Below are positions 40,309 through 47,917 of a stretch of DNA of 64,000 nucleotides, one piece after another; positions within the stretch are counted from its first letter, which is position 1; every line of letters starts with the position of its first letter. Source of the stretch: Acidimicrobiia bacterium (GTDB lineage: Bacteria; Actinomycetota; Acidimicrobiia; Spongiisociales; UBA11373). The notes under the pieces are model-generated. The model was not told where the DNA came from and did no database searches. It saw only the letters and a program-made list of their open reading frames with translations. The position numbers and the translations under genes were made by a program. The DNA lies in the NCBI GenBank assembly GCA_040878325.1, contig JBBDMM010000001.1:1-64000 (forward strand), in the 5' to 3' direction.

Positions 40309-40770
40309 TTAGAAGCCGTCCTGGACATAGCCCGCGGGGGCCGCGTCCGGGCAGGCAGCGCTGAGGTCGGTCGCTCCGTAGAACGTCCCGGCCGTGGAGC
40401 TCTCCCAGATGGAGAAGGTCGTCCCCGACGCGGAAGTCCTCACGACGCAGACGGTGTCAGCACTTAGAGCGTTGAGCTGAAGCGCCACACCCAGTGCGGG
40501 GTCGGCGTTCAGGTTTGCATTCGGCTCAAATGCCGTGATGTCGGCGGCGGTCTCGGTGTAGTCACCGGAGTCCAGCCAGAACGCCTTCTCCGAGAGGAGG
40601 ACGTTGCGGATCTCGCTCTGGGCAGAGCGGTCCTGCGCCGACTTACGGAATCCAAGGAACGAGGGAATGGCAATGGCGATGAGGACTGCAATGATCATCA
40701 CCACAACCATCAACTCGATGAGCGTGAACCCCTCGTCGCGGTTCATGCCACGTCGGATGGTCTTCATCAT
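40309..40770 (-). CDS. pilA: Major type IV pilin
   Basis: Class III signal DEG|FTLIELMVVVMIIAVLIAIAIP; C-terminal Cys pair; SD AGGAGG; has its own promoter and terminator. Confidence 0.93.
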   Translation of the reverse strand: MMKTIRRGMNRDEGFTLIELMVVVMIIAVLIAIAIPSFLGFRKSAQDRSAQSEIRNVLLSEKAFWLDSGDYTETAADITAFEPNANLNADPALGVALQLNALSADTVCVVRTSASGTTFSIWESSTAGTFYGATDLSAACPDAAPAGYVQDGF

Positions 40771-40825
40771 GTTGTCGAGAACCTCCTATATCGGGTCTCT
40801 TCAGGCCTCTCTGGCCTGAAGAGAG

Positions 40826-40854
40826 TTATCGGCCTACGCCGCCTCAGTCCTTGA
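40826..40854 (-). promoter_or_regulatory. Sigma28/WhiG-type promoter of pilA
   Basis: TCAAG-N16-GCCGATAA (exact FliA/WhiG -10 consensus). Confidence 0.8.
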
Positions 40855-40931
40855 TCGGTTTTCGCGAGAACGAGCAAGCAAGGGCGAAGGGCGAAACCCG
40901 GAAGGCCCCTCGCCGAGCGACTGTCCCCACC

Positions 40932-40979
40932 AAAAACCAGTCTCCAGCGGACCGAAGCCCGCTGGAGAGTGGAGACTGG
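40932..40979 (-). terminator. Intrinsic terminator after pilC
   Basis: TCTCCAGCGGGC-TTCG-GTCCGCTGGAGA followed by CTGGTTTTT. Confidence 0.75.
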
Positions 40980-40986
40980 CGACCGA

Positions 40987-42213
40987 CTAGTTCTGAATCA
41001 GGTTGGCGATGTTGAACATCGGCAGGTAGAGGGCGATGAGGATCCCGCCGACCGCCAGGCCCATGACGACGATGAGCAGCGGTTCGATCAGGGAGGTCAG
41101 GGCGCCCACCGTGTCGTCGACCTCGTTGTCGTAGAAGTCGGCAACCTTCGACAACATGGTGTCGAGTGCCCCGGTCTCCTCACCGACGGCGATCATGTGG
41201 GTGACCATGGGCGGGAAGATCGCGTGGCGGCTCAGCGGGCCTGCCAGAGACTCGCCCCGCTTCACCGATGCCTGGACGTCATTGACCGCCTGGCCGACGA
41301 GGGCATTGCCGGCGGTGGCAGCCACGATGTCGAGAGCCTGCAAAACCGGGACACCGGTGCGGCTCAGCACCGAGAAGGTTCGAGCGAACCGGCTGATGGC
41401 GACCTTCTGGACCAATTTGCCAAACACCGGAGCGCGCAGCTTCAGGCGATCCCAGGAGATCTGGCCCGTCTCCGATCGCTTCCAGCGGCGAAACAGGGTT
41501 ACCCCCCCGACGGTCAATCCGATGAACAGCCACCAGAACTTCGTCATGAAGCCGGAGATGTTGATGAGCATCAGGGTGGGAAGGGGAAGCGTTCCTCCGA
41601 GGTCGTCGTACATGCCCTTGAAGATCGGTACGACGAACAGCAGCATTCCGGCGACGATCAGCACGATGAGGGTGAGGACGACCACCGGATAGGCCATCGC
41701 CGACTTCACCTTCGACCGGAGCCGCACCGTCGACTCGAGGGTGTCGGCGAGCCGCACCAGGGTCTCGTCGAGCGCACCGCCCACCTCACCGGCTCGGATC
41801 ATCGACACATACAGATGGTTGAAAGCTTGCGGGTGATTGGCAAGGGCCGCCGACAGGCTGCTCCCCTGCTCGACCTGCTGGCGCACATTGGTGATCATCC
41901 CCCGGAGAAGCGCACCGTCCGTTTGCTCCTCGAGAATGCCCAGCGATCGGGTGAGGGTGAGGCCGGAGTTGACCATCGTCGCCAGCTGGCGGCTGAAGAT
42001 GGCGACCTCTTTCGGCTTCACCTTCTTCTTGAAGCCGGGAAGCGAGAATTCCTTGTCGAGAGCCGACGATCGCTTCTCGTCGATCCGGAGCGGCACGTAA
42101 CCCTTCTCGCGCAGCGCGCTGGCGACCGCGGCCGAAGACGAGCCTTCGATGATCCCGGCGTGAACCCCACCCGAACGGTCACGGGCGCGGTATTCGAACG
42201 TCAGGGTGCTCAT
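40987..42213 (-). CDS. pilC: Type IV pilus platform protein PilC (GspF family)
   Basis: FSRQLATMVNSG, AGEVGG, KVKSAMAYP, VGEETG, LIEP and YLPMF motifs. Confidence 0.96.
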   Translation of the reverse strand: MSTLTFEYRARDRSGGVHAGIIEGSSSAAVASALREKGYVPLRIDEKRSSALDKEFSLPGFKKKVKPKEVAIFSRQLATMVNSGLTLTRSLGILEEQTDGALLRGMITNVRQQVEQGSSLSAALANHPQAFNHLYVSMIRAGEVGGALDETLVRLADTLESTVRLRSKVKSAMAYPVVVLTLIVLIVAGMLLFVVPIFKGMYDDLGGTLPLPTLMLINISGFMTKFWWLFIGLTVGGVTLFRRWKRSETGQISWDRLKLRAPVFGKLVQKVAISRFARTFSVLSRTGVPVLQALDIVAATAGNALVGQAVNDVQASVKRGESLAGPLSRHAIFPPMVTHMIAVGEETGALDTMLSKVADFYDNEVDDTVGALTSLIEPLLIVVMGLAVGGILIALYLPMFNIANLIQN

Positions 42214-43817
42214 CGCTGGTTCCCTCCAAGCAGGTTCATGAACTCATCGACGTTCTGGGCTCTTTCCGTAGCCACTTTCAAGTCGACCTTGCCGGTCTTG
42301 ACGAGTGCGGCGAGCGCCCGGTCCATCGTCTGCATCCCATGCCTGCCTCCCGCCTGCATGGCGCTGCGAATCTGATGGACCTTGCCCTCGCGGATCATGT
42401 TGCGGATCGCCGGAATCGCCACCAGGACCTCGACGGCGGCCACCCGGCTCTTGCCATCGACCGTGGGGAGGAGCTGTTGCGTCACCACACCGGCGAGCGA
42501 CTCGGCGAGCTGCACCCGGACCTGCTGCTGCTGATGCGGGGGAAACACGTCGATCACCCGGTCGATCGATCCCGGCGCATCCTGGGTGTGCAGGGTGGCA
42601 AAGACGAGGTGCCCCGTCTCGGCAGCGGTGAGCGCGGTGCTCATCGTCTCCAGGTCGCGCAGCTCCCCGACGAGGATGACATCGGGGTCCTGACGGAGTA
42701 CATGCTTGAGCGCCGAGGAAAAACTCGGGGTGTCGCCGCCGACCTCTCGCTGGTTCACGATTGCCTTCTTGTGGCGATGCATGAATTCGATCGGGTCCTC
42801 GACCGTCATGACGTGAACCGCCCGGCGGCTGTTGATGTCGTCGATGAGCGCGGCAAGGGTTGTGGACTTTCCTGACCCCGTCGCTCCGGTCACCAACACC
42901 AGACCACGGGGAATGTCGGTGAACTCACTGACGACCGGCGGCATCCCCAGCTTCTCGAGGGAGACGATCTCATTGGGGATTGCCCGCATTACCGCCCCGA
43001 CCGAACCCCGCTGGAAGAAGGCACTCACCCGGAAGCGTCCCCGCCCGGGAACCGGATGGGAAGCGTCGAGTTCGAGTTTGTTCTCTAGCTCTTCGCGCTG
43101 CCGAGCGGTGAGGATTCCGTACACGAGAGTACGCAACGGACCCGGCTTGAGGACCCCGAATCCGTCGATCTGATGCAGCTCGCCGTTCACCCGCATCTGT
43201 GGGGGCGAGCCTGCGGCCAGGTGGAGGTCCGAACCCCCGTGCTCGATCAGAACCTCCAGTAGATCATTGATGTGAAAACCTGTCGTCTCGGACTGAAGCA
43301 CCTCTTGCGGCTCCGCCAGGCCCGCCAGCAACCGGCCACTGCCCGGCATCGCCACTGGCTCGATGCCGGGACCGCCGGCCATGTACAGCCGCCTGACGGC
43401 CTGGTCGAGGGCATCGCGCGGGCCGAGGGCGAACACCACGTCAGCCGTCGCCCCTCGCCGTACCCGATCGCGAACTCCCTGGTCGAGCGGATCAGGGACT
43501 GCCACCACGACCTGGCCCTCATGCACCCGAATCGGCAGGGCGGTCTCGGACACCGCCACCCGCCCTTCCAGAAGGGCGGAGGCCTCCGGGTCGGCAACGA
43601 ATCCGAACGTGGGGTCGACGAACTCGACCCCGATATGGCGGGCGACGACCGCAAGGGCGTCAGCCCGCCTTACCGTGCCGTCCTCGATGACGCTGCGAAG
43701 CACCTGGGACCCGTCGCCTTCGGCGGCACGGGACGCCGAGGCCAGGTCATCGGCGGAGAGCAAGCGCTCGTCCACCAGCCGCTGGGCGACAGAGAGCAAC
43801 ATCTTGTCGGGAGGCAT
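42210..43817 (-). CDS. pilT: Type IV pilus retraction ATPase PilT with an extra N-terminal PilB/MshEN-like domain
   Basis: SDLHL, GATGSGKSTT, EDPIE, QREVG, LRQDPD, AETGHLVFATLH, AIRNMIRE and GMQT motifs; about 180 extra N-terminal residues. Confidence 0.92.
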   Translation of the reverse strand: MPPDKMLLSVAQRLVDERLLSADDLASASRAAEGDGSQVLRSVIEDGTVRRADALAVVARHIGVEFVDPTFGFVADPEASALLEGRVAVSETALPIRVHEGQVVVAVPDPLDQGVRDRVRRGATADVVFALGPRDALDQAVRRLYMAGGPGIEPVAMPGSGRLLAGLAEPQEVLQSETTGFHINDLLEVLIEHGGSDLHLAAGSPPQMRVNGELHQIDGFGVLKPGPLRTLVYGILTARQREELENKLELDASHPVPGRGRFRVSAFFQRGSVGAVMRAIPNEIVSLEKLGMPPVVSEFTDIPRGLVLVTGATGSGKSTTLAALIDDINSRRAVHVMTVEDPIEFMHRHKKAIVNQREVGGDTPSFSSALKHVLRQDPDVILVGELRDLETMSTALTAAETGHLVFATLHTQDAPGSIDRVIDVFPPHQQQQVRVQLAESLAGVVTQQLLPTVDGKSRVAAVEVLVAIPAIRNMIREGKVHQIRSAMQAGGRHGMQTMDRALAALVKTGKVDLKVATERAQNVDEFMNLLGGNQR

Positions 43818-45484
43818 CAGACCACCACCCTCAGGACCTCTTCGAGGGTGGTCATGCCGAGCTTGACCTTCTCCATCCCGTCCTGGCGGAGGGTCAGCAT
43901 CCCCTGCTCCACGGCTACGGACTTGATCTCATCGGATGGGCGGCGCTCGACGGCCATCCGCTGGAGCTCTTCGGACATCAGGAGCACTTCGACGATGGCC
44001 ACCCGGCCGCGGTACCCGGTGTCCGAACAGGCCTTGCAGCCGACCGCCTCGTAGATGGTGACCGGCCCCGCCTCGGTGTCGAGGCCCATCTGCTTGATCA
44101 GCTCCGGGCCTGCCGGCTTGGTGACCTTGCACCGGTCACACAGTCGCCGGGCGAGGCGCTGGGCGAGAATGGAGTCGATTGCGGAAGCGACCAAATAGGG
44201 CTCTACCCCCATGTCGACCAGGCGGTTGACGCTGGAGGCAGAGTCATTCGTATGGAGGGTCGTCAGCACGAGGTGTCCGGTGAGCGCGGCCTCGACCGCG
44301 ATCTTGGCGGTCTCGGCGTCGCGGACCTCGCCGACGAGTACCACGTCAGGGTCGGACCGCAGGATCGACTTGAGCACGGTCGAGAATTGCAGGCCGGCCT
44401 TGCGGTTCACCTGCACCTGGACCACCCCGGCCAGCCGGTACTCGACCGGGTCTTCCACCGTGATGATGTGCCGCGAAGGGACGTTGAGGATGTTCAGGGC
44501 GGAATAGAGGGTCGTGGTCTTGCCCGAACCGGTGGGGCCGGTCACGAGAATCGCTCCGTACGGCTTCGTGTAGGAAGTCTCGAACCGTGTCATCGAATGC
44601 GGAAGGAAGCCCAGTGCTTTGAGATCCAGCACCGCGTCCTCCTTGTCGAGGATTCGCATGACGACCTTTTCCCCATAGATGGTGGGAAGGGTGGCAACCC
44701 GCAGGTCGATGGGGCGTCCCGACACCCTGATGCTCACCCGGCCGTCCTGCGGGACGCGGCGCTCGGCTATGTCGAGATCCGCCATGATCTTGAGGCGGCT
44801 CACGACCGCACCGGAGACCGACCGGGGCGTGCTCATGACCTCGTGCAGCACCCCGTCGATGCGAAACCGCACCCGCAAGTCCTTCTCCCCCGGTTCGATG
44901 TGGAGGTCTGAGGCACGCTCGTTGACAGCGCGGCTGATGAGCGTGTTGACCAATTTGACGATCGGTGCCTCGTCGACCGCGGCCTCGATCTTGCTGAGGT
45001 CGTCCTCCGCCACCTCTTCACCCGCCAGGTCGGCAAGATCGGCCACCGAGTCGTCGAACCGGCCTGCACGCCGGATCGCGTCGTCGATCTCGCTCCTCGT
45101 GGCGATCTTGGGGATGATCCGCAGCGCGGTGATCGCCCGGATGTCATCGACCACGAGCACGTTCCCGGGATCAGCCATCGCCACGACGAGGGCATCGTCT
45201 TCGAACTTGATCGGAATTGCCGCGTAGCGCCGAGCCAGTGACTCCGGAATGAGGGCGGCGGCGGCAGGGTCGATCGCGACGTCGCTGAGGCTCACGAACT
45301 CCACGCCCATGTGGCTGGCGATCATCTTCGCCAGATCGACTTCGCCCACGATTCCCTCGGACACCAGAACGCGGGTCAGGGAGTCGCCGGTCTCTGCCTG
45401 AAGTGAACGGGCGCGGGCCATGTCGGCATCCGTCACCAGCCCGGTGTCGACGAGTACTGATCCAATCGTTTCGCGCTCAGCCAA
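43817..45484 (-). CDS. pilB: Type IV pilus assembly ATPase PilB
   Basis: ASDLHIEP, DIAERRVPQDG, GPTGSGKTTT, two zinc CxxC pairs and TTLEEV; TTG start after SD GAGGAG. Confidence 0.95.
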   Translation of the reverse strand: MAERETIGSVLVDTGLVTDADMARARSLQAETGDSLTRVLVSEGIVGEVDLAKMIASHMGVEFVSLSDVAIDPAAAALIPESLARRYAAIPIKFEDDALVVAMADPGNVLVVDDIRAITALRIIPKIATRSEIDDAIRRAGRFDDSVADLADLAGEEVAEDDLSKIEAAVDEAPIVKLVNTLISRAVNERASDLHIEPGEKDLRVRFRIDGVLHEVMSTPRSVSGAVVSRLKIMADLDIAERRVPQDGRVSIRVSGRPIDLRVATLPTIYGEKVVMRILDKEDAVLDLKALGFLPHSMTRFETSYTKPYGAILVTGPTGSGKTTTLYSALNILNVPSRHIITVEDPVEYRLAGVVQVQVNRKAGLQFSTVLKSILRSDPDVVLVGEVRDAETAKIAVEAALTGHLVLTTLHTNDSASSVNRLVDMGVEPYLVASAIDSILAQRLARRLCDRCKVTKPAGPELIKQMGLDTEAGPVTIYEAVGCKACSDTGYRGRVAIVEVLLMSEELQRMAVERRPSDEIKSVAVEQGMLTLRQDGMEKVKLGMTTLEEVLRVVV

Positions 45485-45527
45485 TTCGGTGGCTCCTCGG
45501 TCCATTCGCGGCGGACATACAAAGGGT

Positions 45528-45555
45528 TTGTCGGCACGACCCACCGTGTGCTTGA
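45528..45555 (-). promoter_or_regulatory. Sigma28/WhiG-type promoter of pilB-pilT-pilC
   Basis: (C)TCAAG-N15-GCCGACAA. Confidence 0.75.
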
Positions 45556-45632
45556 GAGGAGAGGTCGGGCGCGCCGCGGCATTGCCCAGGTCTCGAGTGG
45601 CAGTCGGTGCCGGGACATGCCGGCGACCACGG

Positions 45633-46412
45633 TCAGGCCCGTCGCGCCGCCCGCATCATCGCCTCGAGGGGTGCCGCGACGCCGGTCCAGATGGTGAACG
45701 CGGCCGCCGCTTGGGCCACCAGCAGATCGATCCCGTCGACGACCGGCAGGCCGCGCCGAAGTGCCTCCGTTACCGCCGGGGTCGGCTCGGCGCCGTAGGC
45801 CAGGTCGACCAGCCATCCGGCGGCGTCGACCACTCCCGGCGGGAGGGTTTCGCCGGCCATCCCCAGGGGGGTGGCGTTGATGACGGCGGCACCCTCGGCC
45901 GGATCTCCCCAGGCCACGGTGTCGAGGCCGAAGCGGACCGCCATCGCCTCTGCCGCAGCCGGGTTTCTCGCAGAAACGAGTGTGTCCCGGCCTGCCGACG
46001 CCACCGCGGCTGCCTTCGCGGCTCCACCGGCGCCGAGGATCAGCACGGTGCCCACCGAAGCGGCGAGTGCCGCCCTCAGGGCGACCACGTCAGTGTTGCG
46101 CCCTTTCAGTCGGCCACGGCCTGCCACGATGGTGTTCACCGCCCCGGCGAGACGGGCGTCTTCATCGAGTTCGTCGACCATTCCTGCGGTGGTCGACTTG
46201 TAGGGCATGGTTATGTTCGCTCCGTCGATCGCTCCGGACCGAAGCTCGTCGATGGCCGCCCCGAGGCCGGCCAGGTCGACCCGACGGGCCTCATAATGGC
46301 CGTCGATACCGGCGGTCTCGAAGGCCGCCTGGTGAATCGCCGGAGAGCGCGACCCGCCCACCGGGTCGCCGAGAAGCACGAATCGCCGCGAGCCGTTCGC
46401 GGCCACGCTCAC
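45633..46412 (-). CDS. aroE: Shikimate dehydrogenase
   Basis: SRSPAIH, GANITMPYK, GAVNT, NTD, GAGGAA and NATPLGM motifs. Confidence 0.95.
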   Translation of the reverse strand: MSVAANGSRRFVLLGDPVGGSRSPAIHQAAFETAGIDGHYEARRVDLAGLGAAIDELRSGAIDGANITMPYKSTTAGMVDELDEDARLAGAVNTIVAGRGRLKGRNTDVVALRAALAASVGTVLILGAGGAAKAAAVASAGRDTLVSARNPAAAEAMAVRFGLDTVAWGDPAEGAAVINATPLGMAGETLPPGVVDAAGWLVDLAYGAEPTPAVTEALRRGLPVVDGIDLLVAQAAAAFTIWTGVAAPLEAMMRAARRA

Positions 46413-47512
46413 GGGCTCAGATACTCCTCCTGGAGTTCGAGGAACTCCTCGAACGTCTCAGCGAAATGAGCCCGCCCGTCCTCATCGGCGAGGAAGTAGA
46501 TATACGGGGTCTCATCGGGCGCCGCGGCGGCTTGCAGCGACGCCATGCGAACGGTCGAGATGGGCGTCGGCGGCAAACCGGTGATCAGGTAGGTGTTGTA
46601 CGGCGAATCGACCTCGAGATCCTCGAGGGTCAGCCCGCCGTCAGGCAGGCCGCCGAGTGCATAGATCACCGTCACGTCGAGCTGGAGCGGCATGTCGACC
46701 GCGAGCCGATTGAAGATCACGCTGGCTATCACCGGGCGATCGTCGTCGAAGAGCCCTTCCTTCTCGATCAGCGAGGCGATCACGATCCCCTCGTAGGGGG
46801 TGAACCCCAACGCATCGAGGTAGGTCCAGTCCACCGAGCCGACCCGCTCACTCATCGTGGCCACCATCCGGCCGAGAATCTCCTCGGCGGTGGCATCGAC
46901 CTCGAACTCGTAGGTATCGGGGAACAGCAGCCCCTCCCAATCCTGGAGATTCTCCGGCTCGCCCAGCATGAGACCCGACACGATCGTCCCGTCGAGCAGC
47001 GGGCGCGAGAGATCGGCAAACGGGATGTCCGTCTGGCGGGCGATCGAGTCGAGCGTCTGTGAGATCGTCAGGCCTTCGATGACGGTGAGCCGGTAGACCT
47101 CTCTGACGGGCCCCTCGATGAGCAAGGCCAGCACTGATTCCGGAGACATCCCGGTCTCGAGCTCATAGCGGCCGGCGACCAATCGGTCGCTGGCGCGGGC
47201 GTCACTCACCGCCCGGTCGAACGCCGAGGCCGAGACCACCACGCCTGCCTCCGCCAACTGGCGGGCGATCTCCGAGGCGGGCGCACCGGGAGTGATCTCC
47301 ACCGTCACCGGCACGCCAGGCACCACTGTCGTGGACTCGGGTCCGGCGATCACGTCGTTCACCGCCGACGCCAGCCACGTCACACCGAGAAAGGCAACCG
47401 CGAACAGCACCAGGACGAACCCGAGGACGCCGAGCCCCCGGAGAAAGGTATTCGGACCGCGCGGACCGGTAGGCGACGATCCCGGCTCGTAGGGCTCTAG
47501 CTCGAAGCTCAT
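46409..47512 (-). CDS. mltG: Endolytic transglycosylase MltG
   Basis: TM helix, IEGL, EGLLFPDTY, ASLIEKE and SPYNTY...GLPPTPI motifs. Confidence 0.95.
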   Translation of the reverse strand: MSFELEPYEPGSSPTGPRGPNTFLRGLGVLGFVLVLFAVAFLGVTWLASAVNDVIAGPESTTVVPGVPVTVEITPGAPASEIARQLAEAGVVVSASAFDRAVSDARASDRLVAGRYELETGMSPESVLALLIEGPVREVYRLTVIEGLTISQTLDSIARQTDIPFADLSRPLLDGTIVSGLMLGEPENLQDWEGLLFPDTYEFEVDATAEEILGRMVATMSERVGSVDWTYLDALGFTPYEGIVIASLIEKEGLFDDDRPVIASVIFNRLAVDMPLQLDVTVIYALGGLPDGGLTLEDLEVDSPYNTYLITGLPPTPISTVRMASLQAAAAPDETPYIYFLADEDGRAHFAETFEEFLELQEEYLSP

Positions 47513-47916
47513 TCTCTCTCCAGGTAGCCCTGCAGCAGCACGGCGGCCGCGGCTCCGTCGCGCACCTGCTGCCGCCGCTTGCGTCGGGTGCCGGTCTCGA
47601 TCAGCGATCGCTCTGCGATCGCGGTGGTGAAACGCTCGTCGATCAACTCGACCGGCACGCCTGTTCCTTCTTCTACCTCCGCTGCAAATGCCCGGGCCGC
47701 GACGGCTGCCGCCCCCTCGATGCCGCTCAGCCCGGTGGGCAACCCCACGAGGATACGATCCACCGCGAGTTCCGCGACGAGGTCGGCGACCTGCTGAACG
47801 AGCGCCGGGTCGTCTGCAGCGAGAAAGCCCCGAGGATGCGCCACGATGCCCGCCGCATCGGTGACCGCAACCCCAATCCGCACCGTTCCGGGATCCAGAG
47901 CGAGGATTCGGCCCAC
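47509..47916 (-). CDS. ruvX: Holliday junction resolvase-like protein RuvX/YqgF
   Basis: LALDPGTVRIGVA, VGLP, DERFTT and D..AA..LLQGYL motifs. Confidence 0.93.
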   Translation of the reverse strand: MGRILALDPGTVRIGVAVTDAAGIVAHPRGFLAADDPALVQQVADLVAELAVDRILVGLPTGLSGIEGAAAVAARAFAAEVEEGTGVPVELIDERFTTAIAERSLIETGTRRKRRQQVRDGAAAAVLLQGYLERE

Positions 47917-47917
47917 T

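Noticed and set aside
40775..40935. c-di-GMP riboswitch upstream of pilA
   Set aside because: No class I or class II consensus was recognised; the region is explained by a terminator, a promoter and an inverted repeat.
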